64,000 bases of DNA from Patescibacteria group bacterium (GTDB lineage Bacteria > Patescibacteriota > Microgenomatia > UBA1400 > PJMF01). A program made the translations under genes and the position numbers. The notes beneath the pieces were generated by a model. That model did not search any database. It worked only from the letters and a program-made list of their open reading frames with translations, and was not told where the DNA came from. Shown in pieces: positions 10,317-19,863 of this stretch; position 1 is the first letter of the stretch, and each line of letters starts with the position of its first letter. The stretch lies in the NCBI GenBank assembly GCA_039934415.1, contig JBDTME010000001.1, positions 201,417 through 265,416 on the forward strand, read 5' to 3'.

Positions 10317-11822
10317 TCAGCCTCGCTTGGCTTTGAGTAAACTTCTAACTTCTAACTCTAGTTTTTGCCTACTGATCACTATGATCACAATACCATATAC
10401 AGCTACACTGGCAAGTGCACCTAACATCAGTTTGGGAATGCTTGTTAAAAGAGGAAGTGCTGCCACTGAAACCAACGCCATTACCACTGTTGCGATGAGT
10501 GGATCTTTAACTTGATTCCAAACATCTACTTTGACATACCGACGTAGAAAGAAAATTGGAACAAGTGAACTGAAAGAGATTAAAAATGAAGCAATAGCTA
10601 CCCCATTAAATCCCCAATAATGAATGCAGATAGGCGTCAGAATCCACGTCAAGGCAGTCCACATCACCATGAGTTGGAAGGTTTTACTCACCTGACCAAT
10701 AGCGCTCAATGTGTTTGTAAGCGGAGTAGAAATTGCTGCCCAACCGATACTCAGTGTGAATAATACAAACGTCAAAAGAGCTGGTTGCCACTTATGATAC
10801 TTCAATACAATATTTGTGAATGGAAATATGAATATTGCCATACTCGCCAAAACAGGAAAGATTGCTAATGAGATAAAGTAAATAGTTTTTTCAATTGCTT
10901 TTTTTAGCAATTTCTTATCATGTTGTAATCTTGAATAGGCAGGAAACGTAATTTCTACAACGTTTTGTACCGTCAGGTTGTAAGGCATTTGAGACCAACC
11001 TTTGGCCCAACTAATATAGCCAAATTGATTTAACGGTAAATTTCTTGCGAGATAGATGTAAAAGAGTTGATCTTTCACTTTTGCAAGTAGATCACTTCCT
11101 TGAAACTTAAGACCTGAAGACAAAAAGTTCTTAATGACGCTCTTATCTAATGCCAGCCCAATAGGCCAACGCTGAATAAAATACATACTTATAGTGCCAA
11201 CAATTCCTCTTAATATGATCGCGTATGCATAACTCACTACCCCCTGATGGAAGAAGATCACCGAAATAATAAGTGTAATGTTGTATACGACTTGTTCAAA
11301 AATATTTGGGATGATCACTCTAGAAAAATCCAGCTTTCGTTCCAACATGATGGCAGAGATAATGCGAAGCGAATCAAGAGGAAATGAAAATGCTAGAGCT
11401 AAAAATACTAATTGACCAGGTTTGCCAATATTTGCTGGTAGTAGACCACTCGATATAATAAAGATAGCAGCAGCAACAATTGACCACGAAAGGATTTGTT
11501 GTACTGTAAAAACAGTTCGGTATTCTCTAATTGTCGGTTCAGTCTTCTTTTGGATCAATGTTGGGCCAAGACCAATGGAAGAGAAGAATTGCAGGATACC
11601 AATCATCTGAGCAACAATTCCATAAATACCAAAGTCTTCTGGAAGTAAGTAGTATCCCAGAATTAAACCTGTGACAACTCCAAACATGTTTAGGAAGATG
11701 CTCCTTAAGGTATAAGATATCGCGCCAGAGACTGACTTTCGCTTAAAATCATCCATTTGCGGTACCACAATGGTGTCGGCATCTTGCGGGTCTAGATCGG
11801 CTGCTATGTAACTCGTGTTCAT
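10317..11822 (-). CDS. Wzx-like polysaccharide/oligosaccharide flippase (MOP superfamily)
   Basis: Polytopic protein of about 500 aa with the polysaccharide biosynthesis protein (Wzx-like) N-terminal pattern. The preferred start is ATG 11822, which forms an ATGA overlap with the upstream stop at 11819-11821. The ORF track extends it to 11879. Confidence 0.6.
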   Translation of the reverse strand: MNTSYIAADLDPQDADTIVVPQMDDFKRKSVSGAISYTLRSIFLNMFGVVTGLILGYYLLPEDFGIYGIVAQMIGILQFFSSIGLGPTLIQKKTEPTIREYRTVFTVQQILSWSIVAAAIFIISSGLLPANIGKPGQLVFLALAFSFPLDSLRIISAIMLERKLDFSRVIIPNIFEQVVYNITLIISVIFFHQGVVSYAYAIILRGIVGTISMYFIQRWPIGLALDKSVIKNFLSSGLKFQGSDLLAKVKDQLFYIYLARNLPLNQFGYISWAKGWSQMPYNLTVQNVVEITFPAYSRLQHDKKLLKKAIEKTIYFISLAIFPVLASMAIFIFPFTNIVLKYHKWQPALLTFVLFTLSIGWAAISTPLTNTLSAIGQVSKTFQLMVMWTALTWILTPICIHYWGFNGVAIASFLISFSSLVPIFFLRRYVKVDVWNQVKDPLIATVVMALVSVAALPLLTSIPKLMLGALASVAVYGIVIIVISRQKLELEVRSLLKAKRG

Positions 11823-13621
11823 ACTTCCTTTTTTCTGAACAAAATAATTTGACCACCAATCAGAATCGACAAACTGCATACGGTAATAATATCAGCAATC
11901 AAACGTATTGGAGTTCGTTCAAGTTCTGCACTTAACAGATGTTCTCCAATAGGTACTGTGAGTTGAAGTAAACCATCTCTATTTTGAGTTGTTGTTACCT
12001 CTTGTCCATCAATAAAAACTGTCCATCCAGGAAAATCTGCAATATTTAGCGTCACTAAAGCTGGTGCTGCAAAATGAGTTTGGAGGGCAAGTTGACTCGT
12101 TCGATCAATAAGTACTTCTACTTCCTTAGGATTTGACCCAACTGGCAATGTGAATCTCTCATCAGTAGGAGTGATATCTCCATTAAAATTGATCGGTAAA
12201 AAGTCAGGCCAGGTTTCACTCATTTTGAACCGAATAAGATGAGCATCTGTGTAGTAGGAACCAATAGATTCATCTAAAAACCTTTCTGGTCTGAAGTATT
12301 TAAAACTGGGAATGACTAACACAATAAAAAGTGTAAAAAACAGGACAGGTTTCGCATATTTTGGCAGAACAAAACGGAAAATTAATCCATTCAAAATAGC
12401 TAAACTAAAAACGGTTAAAGATAGAAAACGCCAAGGAAATTGGGCTGCTTGCAGTAAGGTACTGAGCTTCCAGAAAAACTCGGATTTTTGGACGCAAAGG
12501 AAAAGTGAGACCGGAAAAAATACTGTGGCTAATATAGTAATTGGCAGAAGTTCACGATTATCGTCGAGCAACCGTTTTAAAAAGTGAATTGGTCTTTTAA
12601 GCTGAGTACTTTTCCTCACCAACCAATAGAGTGTAACTATGCCCAGTAATACACCTCCCATTAGTTGTCCATATCCTAAGAAGAAACTGATGTCATCAAA
12701 TGGACCCCAGACTGAGCCTCCATATTTCCAGTTCTCTTGAAAAAACTGACGGATGTAGACAAAGTGCTGAACATAACTAAAATATCCAGAAAGGATACGT
12801 GACTGTATTTGAGTCTCATTTTGCTCAACTAATGCAGGAAGAATAAAAAAGGCAGAGATACCAATGCCAATAAGAATTTGAATAAAGAAAAGCAGTAGTA
12901 TTTTGAAATGTATTTTCTTACCAACTATTAATTTTAGTAAGCCATAAACAACTAATACGGGTAAAAAGAACATCGCCATCAGGTTATGGGTGATAAGTAG
13001 CAGTCCGGTTAACAAACTTAACTTTGGATCGATCAATCGAGGATTATCAAACCAGTCGTCAACAGCGATTAGCAACCAAGGAAAGAAAGCAATTCCCCAT
13101 ACCTCCCCGATAGCACCTCTCACATACAAATCAACAGCTCTATATGGAGCAAGTGTAAATGAAACAGCAGCAATCAAAGCTCCCCATTTCCCAAGATATT
13201 TCTTAGTAAACAAATACATGCCCAAAAAAGAAAAGATTGTAGGTAAAGCCCAAATAATGCGAAGTGAAAATACCAAGTCTTGCGAAAACCAGTAGATAGC
13301 TGCACCCACTATATAGGGGAATGGCGCATAAAAGAGGAAAGTCGGCATTCCGTACCCAAAACCAAAATTCTGTGACCAACGCACTGGAATCTGTCCATCT
13401 TGAAACCCTCTAAACATCTCAATAACCCTGGCTCCTTGTGTAAAATCGTGAACTCTAAAAAACTCAGTATGGAACAAGGAGAGTAACGGGATCATGATTG
13501 AAACGATCGAAATCACACCAACAACTATTGCAGAACGTCTTTTCTTGGATATTGAGTGGAAGATTTTCATAACTACTGAGTCGTTACTGTTTAAATTCAT
13601 AGATGTCAAAACTAGGTGCAT
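11819..13621 (-). CDS. Large polytopic membrane protein, YfhO/PTPS-related-like (GT-C-like)
   Basis: 600 aa with many TM helices. The N-terminal loop ...RVIEMFRGFQDGQIPVRWSQNFGFGYGMPTFLFYAPFPY... is reminiscent of the YfhO/PTPS-related membrane glycosyltransferase families. The start may be internal (MKIF... at 13570). Confidence 0.4.
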   Translation of the reverse strand: MHLVLTSMNLNSNDSVVMKIFHSISKKRRSAIVVGVISIVSIMIPLLSLFHTEFFRVHDFTQGARVIEMFRGFQDGQIPVRWSQNFGFGYGMPTFLFYAPFPYIVGAAIYWFSQDLVFSLRIIWALPTIFSFLGMYLFTKKYLGKWGALIAAVSFTLAPYRAVDLYVRGAIGEVWGIAFFPWLLIAVDDWFDNPRLIDPKLSLLTGLLLITHNLMAMFFLPVLVVYGLLKLIVGKKIHFKILLLFFIQILIGIGISAFFILPALVEQNETQIQSRILSGYFSYVQHFVYIRQFFQENWKYGGSVWGPFDDISFFLGYGQLMGGVLLGIVTLYWLVRKSTQLKRPIHFLKRLLDDNRELLPITILATVFFPVSLFLCVQKSEFFWKLSTLLQAAQFPWRFLSLTVFSLAILNGLIFRFVLPKYAKPVLFFTLFIVLVIPSFKYFRPERFLDESIGSYYTDAHLIRFKMSETWPDFLPINFNGDITPTDERFTLPVGSNPKEVEVLIDRTSQLALQTHFAAPALVTLNIADFPGWTVFIDGQEVTTTQNRDGLLQLTVPIGEHLLSAELERTPIRLIADIITVCSLSILIGGQIILFRKKEV

Positions 13622-15125
13622 TATACGGCCGCGGAAAGCTTTTTACTTTTGTTAGTCTAGGGTCATTCGTCATCATACGATGACTATTTACCATAATGTA
13701 TGCTGAATGAGCATTTGTTGCTTTCATTACAAACTCACTTGGTACCGACCTAATTGGTTCACCAATTCCAAATACTTCTATGTTTGCCACATCCTGGTTA
13801 TGCAGATACAGTAAAATTCCGTCAGGAAGTGTCCCAAAGTAACCCTCAGTTGCTACAACTACTTTTCCTTGTTTAGCTTGCTCTTGAATAAAGTCCACCG
13901 ATTCCCTGACTCCATATCCAGCTGACCACTCTGTTTGATACTGCTCTCTGTCTAATGCCACAAAGGGAACATCATTAATATTTACAAATGTAATCACAAT
14001 ATTGTACATTGACCAGAGAAAAGTGAGACCGAGTAAACCGAGCGTGATGAGTTGAATTTTTTGACGTTTTTCTAACCAGTTTTCACTTACTAATCCTGTG
14101 GCAACCGTAAGGAAGATTGCCGAAGGTAATAGGTATCGGGGGTACACTGTCTTTCCAAACACAACAAATGGTCCACAAAAAAGAGCTGCAGACAAAATTA
14201 GAAAACCAACCTTTTTCGCAATTTTTTTATCTAACAGACCTGCCAGTGGAAATAAGATCACAGTAGGACTAAGGTAAAAAATCAGCCAACCACTAAAACG
14301 AGGAATGTTTCGAATACTATTTACCCAGTCTCCAGCAAGTAACTCACCGATGGAGTATGTGAAGTTTCCGCCACGGAGGAAAAGTTGCGCAAAAGCAGGA
14401 TGAAGTTTGAGTAGCAAAAATAAAGAGATTCCAATCACACCAGCTAACCCAATCCAAAAAAATTTAGTAATGGAAAGTCGAAGATGATTTGTTGTGAACG
14501 GGAATGCAGCAATCAAAACAAAAACCGGACTCAAGAATAACCCAGGCAACTTGCTCAAAATTGCTAAACCAAAACTCACTCCGGCACCCACTGTAAAAAA
14601 AATGGTATATCTATTAAATGCGAACGCTGTTTTTTCCTTCTCAAGATGTTTAGCAAGTTTTACTAGGGTAAGCACTACGTAAGAAATGAATAATGTCATC
14701 AGTCCATCCATAAGTGCGATTCTGTGATAGAAAAACCAAAATGGTAAAATTACTGTCAACACCATTGATATCAGCTGCGCTTTTCTTTTCCCGCCAAAAA
14801 CTTTTACTAACTCTTTGATGAGGAAAACTTGAAAAAGACCGACTACTACTGCTAGCAAGCGTCCAGCAAGTAATTGGTTTGTTACAAATTTCAAGAATGG
14901 CACCATTACCCAGATGAAAATAGGAGTCTTCCCGTCATTCAACGAAAAGAGTGAATATCGTTGCCAGTCATCAATGATTAGCTGAGCCCAACGAATATAA
15001 ATTGCTTCATCTGCAAAAACTGGCATCGCGGTCAACAACAGGAGATGTGACACCAGATACAGACAGTACACTCCAGCTTGATTCCACCGCCATGACAATT
15101 TCTTTAGAAAAGAGAACATTTCCAT
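13584..15125 (-). CDS. GT-C glycosyltransferase, ArnT/PMT (GT39/GT83)-like
   Basis: 513 aa polytopic protein. The first loop LTAMPVFADEAIYIRWAQLII carries the DE motif of the family. Confidence 0.65.
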   Translation of the reverse strand: MEMFSFLKKLSWRWNQAGVYCLYLVSHLLLLTAMPVFADEAIYIRWAQLIIDDWQRYSLFSLNDGKTPIFIWVMVPFLKFVTNQLLAGRLLAVVVGLFQVFLIKELVKVFGGKRKAQLISMVLTVILPFWFFYHRIALMDGLMTLFISYVVLTLVKLAKHLEKEKTAFAFNRYTIFFTVGAGVSFGLAILSKLPGLFLSPVFVLIAAFPFTTNHLRLSITKFFWIGLAGVIGISLFLLLKLHPAFAQLFLRGGNFTYSIGELLAGDWVNSIRNIPRFSGWLIFYLSPTVILFPLAGLLDKKIAKKVGFLILSAALFCGPFVVFGKTVYPRYLLPSAIFLTVATGLVSENWLEKRQKIQLITLGLLGLTFLWSMYNIVITFVNINDVPFVALDREQYQTEWSAGYGVRESVDFIQEQAKQGKVVVATEGYFGTLPDGILLYLHNQDVANIEVFGIGEPIRSVPSEFVMKATNAHSAYIMVNSHRMMTNDPRLTKVKSFPRPYNAPSFDIYEFKQ

Positions 15126-15173
15126 ACAGATATTGTACTAAAAAGGGTGGGATTTGTATGCGTCGAGAAGCTA

Positions 15174-16421
15174 CTAGCTTGTATAAGCCTTCTTGAGGGT
15201 TTTGCTCACTGTATAAGATAGCCAGATCAGACAAAATGAAAAGAGTGGAACCCATGTGATTAATTTTTGGTTCATATCTATTTGAGAATTGTAATCAAAT
15301 GCCCCATACCACATCCAGGGAATATAACGAAATAATGAACTCACAGACAATATCAATACAGAATATTTTAAGAATTTATTCTTCATCAATGGATAAAAGA
15401 GCAAACTCCAACTCAGATACCAAGGATTAAATTGTTGGGATCGTGCCGTAAGTAAAGGCAAAAATAAAAGCATTGCAGAGACGTCAAATATGTTAAAACT
15501 AAGTACTTTTAATTTTTCAGTAAGTGCTTGCAACTTGTCAGCAAACTCAGAGTTTTTTAAAACAACAAACAGCCAGATTGGTGCTAAGACTGCTGTAGCG
15601 TATTTAGTTGATATCGAAAAAAGTAAGAGACTGAATGAACCAGTCATACGCAAAACTATCTGTTTCCTGTGCATCTTCCAAGCCAGTATAAAGTACAAAC
15701 TCGCCAGAGCTGGCCACATCATCCATCCATCATTATGAGAGTTTGATACGAGTTCAATAATTAGTAAGGGATTTAATAACATCAGAACAAAGGAGCGAAC
15801 GTTTTGATTACTTTGTTTTTTCATTAAAAACCAGATGAGGACAGCAGATAGAAGAAGCCCCAATTCACTCCAGATTCGAAATAAAATATACGTGATTAGA
15901 AACTTTCCAAAACCGAGTATGTAAGGTATTAAACTGAGTGCTGTCCAGCCATAAAAATATGGTGCTGGAGTGTGCACGTTATGCATAAATCGAGTCCAGG
16001 GGTCATACAGTAAATCCATTGCAACTCTTACATGAGGATTGAGTTGATACTTCACAACCATTCGAGCATTGAAAATATAATTAAACACATCATGTGATAA
16101 GGCATTGTTAGAAAAGATGAGTGGCGAAGTAATAAAGAGAAACACAGCTAACCACTTCTTAAGTCCAAAATGCATTTGTGGAGAAATGTTACTTAACCAA
16201 ACAGCACAAACAAACATCACACTCACCATTGCCCCATACAATATGGTCATGCTTTGTTTCGGTAGCAGCCACATGAATTGTTGGAAAGACCAAAACGGGA
16301 GCCAATGAGAAAATACTAAATTCGGATCTGTAAGTGCATAACTCCAGATTGAATAACAAAAGCATGTGAGGAAATACAGCGCCACACAACACTTAAACTG
16401 GGTTTGTGAAGAGAGAGTCAT
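15174..16421 (-). CDS. Polytopic membrane protein, possibly GT-C-like (unassigned family)
   Basis: 415 aa, about 11 TM helices, conserved-looking loop ...SHDVFNYIFNARMVVKYQLNPH.... It is embedded in the glycosylation operon. Confidence 0.4.
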   Translation of the reverse strand: MTLSSQTQFKCCVALYFLTCFCYSIWSYALTDPNLVFSHWLPFWSFQQFMWLLPKQSMTILYGAMVSVMFVCAVWLSNISPQMHFGLKKWLAVFLFITSPLIFSNNALSHDVFNYIFNARMVVKYQLNPHVRVAMDLLYDPWTRFMHNVHTPAPYFYGWTALSLIPYILGFGKFLITYILFRIWSELGLLLSAVLIWFLMKKQSNQNVRSFVLMLLNPLLIIELVSNSHNDGWMMWPALASLYFILAWKMHRKQIVLRMTGSFSLLLFSISTKYATAVLAPIWLFVVLKNSEFADKLQALTEKLKVLSFNIFDVSAMLLFLPLLTARSQQFNPWYLSWSLLFYPLMKNKFLKYSVLILSVSSLFRYIPWMWYGAFDYNSQIDMNQKLITWVPLFSFCLIWLSYTVSKTLKKAYTS

Positions 16422-16436
16422 ACCTACTCGATATTT

Positions 16437-17249
16437 TTATTCGGACGTTTTCAACGTGTATTTTCCCGCAGCCCATGCAAATCTTATTCTCAAAATATCT
16501 CTGAACATACGGACAGAATCTTTCAGCGGATTGACTCGATCTGATTCGACATGTCTCCACTCCACAGGCATCTCCTTTAGTTTTAAGCCCCATTTTCTGG
16601 CGAGGAACAAGATTTCAACATCAAACGCACCCATAAAAGCATCTTTTCTCTCTTGAGTTTCACCATATACAAACAAGGCAGTAAACAACTTCTTAGTCGC
16701 TGAATCTGAAAACATCTTAAATCCGCACTGCGAGTCCTGGATTCCGCGCAATGCTAGGAGTTGAACAAAAAAGTTAAAAACTCTACCCATTAAATGCCGG
16801 TAAAATGGTTCTTCATCTCGTTTGGCTCCTTCACCTTCTCTTGAACCTATTACTACGTCGTAACCTTTTTTAATGAGATCCATTGCACGATTAACTTCTT
16901 CAATTGGCGTGGATTGATCAAAATCCGTGAAAGCTCGATATTTACCTTCTGCAGTAAGCATCCCAGCAGACACAGTTGGACCTTTACCGGAGTGGCGGTT
17001 TTGCAACACCTTAACGTGACTTTTTCTTTCTGCAAAAGCTTTGAGCTGATCGACAGTACCATCAGTCGATCCATCGTCTGTTAATATTAATTCCCAACTG
17101 TAAGACTGTTTTGACAAAAAATCATGGACCTGATCAAGTAGCCCCTTTTTCAGATTCTTCATTTCATTATATGAAGGGATAACAACTGATAGTGTAATTG
17201 AAGCTTCTGACATAGCGAATATTGTACTAAAAATGTTGATGCAAATCAC
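16437..17249 (-). CDS. GT2 polyprenyl-phosphate hexose synthase (DPM1/ALG5-like)
   Basis: ITLSVVIPSYNEMKNLKKGL...LILTDDGSTDGT...NRHSGKGPTVSAGM...FTDFDQSTPIEE. The GTG start at 17249 overlaps the upstream stop (GTGA). An alternative ATG lies at 17213. Confidence 0.65.
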   Translation of the reverse strand: MICINIFSTIFAMSEASITLSVVIPSYNEMKNLKKGLLDQVHDFLSKQSYSWELILTDDGSTDGTVDQLKAFAERKSHVKVLQNRHSGKGPTVSAGMLTAEGKYRAFTDFDQSTPIEEVNRAMDLIKKGYDVVIGSREGEGAKRDEEPFYRHLMGRVFNFFVQLLALRGIQDSQCGFKMFSDSATKKLFTALFVYGETQERKDAFMGAFDVEILFLARKWGLKLKEMPVEWRHVESDRVNPLKDSVRMFRDILRIRFAWAAGKYTLKTSE

Positions 17250-18748
17250 CTGTGAAGTATGATTAAGTCAGGTGCACTCGGAAAGGTGAAAACCTGCCTT
17301 TTACTCTTTTCGGGGAAAATAACAATTTCGTAAATCGGCAAATCAAGAATCTCATTAATTGGCTCATAATTTTCATTCACGATGAGTAGTTGCTTTGCCG
17401 AGTTTACATCTTGAGTATCCAATGGTGGTTTTCCCCAGGCAGTAAGATAATATCGATAGTTCATAGCATAGATATCATGGTATGAGTTAATACCAACCAG
17501 GCTATACGAATCCCCTTCCGAGACGTAATCTAAAACGTGTTTAGAATAGTTTTCAATGTCCTGAACAGTCCAACTAATTCTTTTGAAATCATATTTCATT
17601 AAATTAACGCAAAAGAACCAGAGTAAGAACGCCGGAACTATGAGCTTGAGCCATTTCTGTTGCCAACAGTATGTGAGTACCATGCCTATTATCAAACAAG
17701 TGACCGGATATAAATATGCAATATAATGGTCAAATACAGAGCTTTTGTACAGCGATGTCCCAACAATTCCAATCACCAACCAAGTGGTAATAACCAGTTG
17801 TCCCTTTGAAAATTTGCTTTTCTTTTTTAGTAACAGCATCAAACATCCAAAGGTACCAAGCACCATTATTAAGTTCAACCAGCCAATTTGATTGGTAGTT
17901 ACCTCAAATAAGATGTGACGCGATCTGCCCATCGTTTCTTCCAAGGTTCGTAATATTTGAGTTTGATTACGAACCTGATCCTCTTTACCAAAAGTGATGT
18001 TATAAAACGCCTTTGCATTCAAAAAATCATGTTTAAAATCAAATAAAATGAGTGGGGTCAGTGATAGAAGAAAAAGTAAAATTGCTAATAGAGTATGGAA
18101 AAAGAACAATTTCAGTTTTTTGGGTTGTTTTTTCCAGTAATCGTATAATGTTGCTAACCAGAAAATACCTGCGGCTGGGAGTGAAAGTAGTGTCATGTAA
18201 TGGAGTTGTAACAGCAGACTGAAGCAGAAACTCACAAGTATCCAGTACCTAGAACTCCTGGTCCAGGCACGATACGTCGCCCATATCATCAAGATTGAGA
18301 CAAAAGGAGCAGGATTTGGATTCCAACTAAACCGAGACTGAACGATAAAAGTCCAACCAAAAGTGTATAGCACTGTGGCTATCAGTGCCGCTTTCTCACC
18401 AACTAGCTCCCTTCCACATCGAAAGATCAGATAGATGGTTATCGTTCCTAAAATTGCCACAGCATATACAGGACCCATTGGACTAGGATACGTCAACGCC
18501 AAAAATGGCAACATGAAATAGTAATAGGCCGGACCTAAATACATATTTCCCACACTAGTAACTGGACCAATAAAAACAGGATCGTGGTCTATCAACACTT
18601 TTCGAACAGTCAGAGCATCTCTGCCTTGGTCACCCAAGAACTGAAGCGTTTGATTGAGACGAAACACGCGCAAGAAACCACCGGCTAAAAGTAACACGAT
18701 GAGGATCCAAAATAACGAGTTTTTCATGGTAGTTCTATCATTGTACAT
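17246..18748 (-). CDS. GT-C fold membrane glycosyltransferase, DQxRDA subtype
   Basis: 500 aa polytopic protein with ...LRVFRLNQTLQFLGDQGRDALTVRKVLIDHDPVFIGPVTSVGNMYLGPAYYY.... It is a paralogue of the partial gene at 1..1341. Confidence 0.55.
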   Translation of the reverse strand: MYNDRTTMKNSLFWILIVLLLAGGFLRVFRLNQTLQFLGDQGRDALTVRKVLIDHDPVFIGPVTSVGNMYLGPAYYYFMLPFLALTYPSPMGPVYAVAILGTITIYLIFRCGRELVGEKAALIATVLYTFGWTFIVQSRFSWNPNPAPFVSILMIWATYRAWTRSSRYWILVSFCFSLLLQLHYMTLLSLPAAGIFWLATLYDYWKKQPKKLKLFFFHTLLAILLFLLSLTPLILFDFKHDFLNAKAFYNITFGKEDQVRNQTQILRTLEETMGRSRHILFEVTTNQIGWLNLIMVLGTFGCLMLLLKKKSKFSKGQLVITTWLVIGIVGTSLYKSSVFDHYIAYLYPVTCLIIGMVLTYCWQQKWLKLIVPAFLLWFFCVNLMKYDFKRISWTVQDIENYSKHVLDYVSEGDSYSLVGINSYHDIYAMNYRYYLTAWGKPPLDTQDVNSAKQLLIVNENYEPINEILDLPIYEIVIFPEKSKRQVFTFPSAPDLIILHR

Positions 18749-18751
18749 GAT

Positions 18752-19828
18752 TTACTTTATTCCTAGCTTACGAGCCACTTCTGCTTGAAAAGCTGGCATT
18801 TCTTTAACTTCGTATACCCATTGATTATATTTTTGCTCGGAAGGATGAGTGATTACTCCAGCTTGATTAGCAGTTTCAAAACTTAACGTCTGAGGTAACA
18901 ATGAAATATTAATCAAATTTTTTTGGAGTGAGTATCCAAGTTGGATGAGCTCAAGTACAGAAAGCTCACTTTCAAAATTGACTTGATACCAATTAAACAG
19001 TTTCCCTAGTATTACGGGATTTTTTAACGTTGTTGGGTCTTTTAGTTTTAATAAAATTGCATTAATCAGTAGTTGCTGTCTAATAGTACGTGCATCATCA
19101 GTCCCCTGTTCTAATTGGGTACTGTGACGCGAACGGACAAACTGAAGAGCTCTTTCACCATTCATTGTCTCGACTCCCTTTACAAATTCAACTCGCTCAT
19201 ATAATTTTTTAGGGTCGTGTTCTGTCCTAATATCGACGTCAGTACGTGGGAATTGCTCATCAGTAAAACTCTCAGTAATAGTAATAGGAACACCGTTCAT
19301 ATCGTCAATTAGTTCACTCAGTTGATCTAAGGACAAAACGATAGTGTTATGAATTGGTAATTGTATTAAATTACTTAAAACTTCTGTAGGGAACTGCTGA
19401 GGATTTTGCGGATAACGCTGTTTGCCATATTCATACAAAGCGTTAATCTTGGTTTGATATTCTGTGCTCCATAAGTCGCGTGGCAAACTGATTGCTTTCA
19501 GTTCACCAGAAACTGTGTTTAACGAAAAAATCATAATAGTATCTGTCAACACAGGATCCCCGACTCTATTAGCGATGACATCAACACCCAATAGTAAAAT
19601 GTTTTTGTGCTGATCAGTTTCAGTTACCGGAGTTTTTAAACCTGATCTAATTAACGATAGAAATTGTCGGTCAGTAATGTGTGCATTATTTTTGAACTGA
19701 TACCACCAACTGTGATAAAACAATCCAACAGCAAAAACGAGAGTCACTGAGCAAAAAAAAGTGAACAGGACACAGAGTTCAACAATGATGACGAAGAAAT
19801 TTAGGTTCCTAATTTTGGACTTTTGCAC
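18752..19828 (-). CDS. LytR-CpsA-Psr (LCP) family glycopolymer-peptidoglycan ligase
   Basis: N-terminal TM anchor followed by ...NILLLGVDVIANRVGDPVLTDTIMIFSLNTVSGELKAISLPRDLW..., the typical LCP core. GTG start at 19828 with TATAAT 6 nt upstream. Confidence 0.75.
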   Translation of the reverse strand: MQKSKIRNLNFFVIIVELCVLFTFFCSVTLVFAVGLFYHSWWYQFKNNAHITDRQFLSLIRSGLKTPVTETDQHKNILLLGVDVIANRVGDPVLTDTIMIFSLNTVSGELKAISLPRDLWSTEYQTKINALYEYGKQRYPQNPQQFPTEVLSNLIQLPIHNTIVLSLDQLSELIDDMNGVPITITESFTDEQFPRTDVDIRTEHDPKKLYERVEFVKGVETMNGERALQFVRSRHSTQLEQGTDDARTIRQQLLINAILLKLKDPTTLKNPVILGKLFNWYQVNFESELSVLELIQLGYSLQKNLINISLLPQTLSFETANQAGVITHPSEQKYNQWVYEVKEMPAFQAEVARKLGIK

Positions 19829-19863
19829 GTCTATATTATACCTGAATTTGATAAGATACGAGC

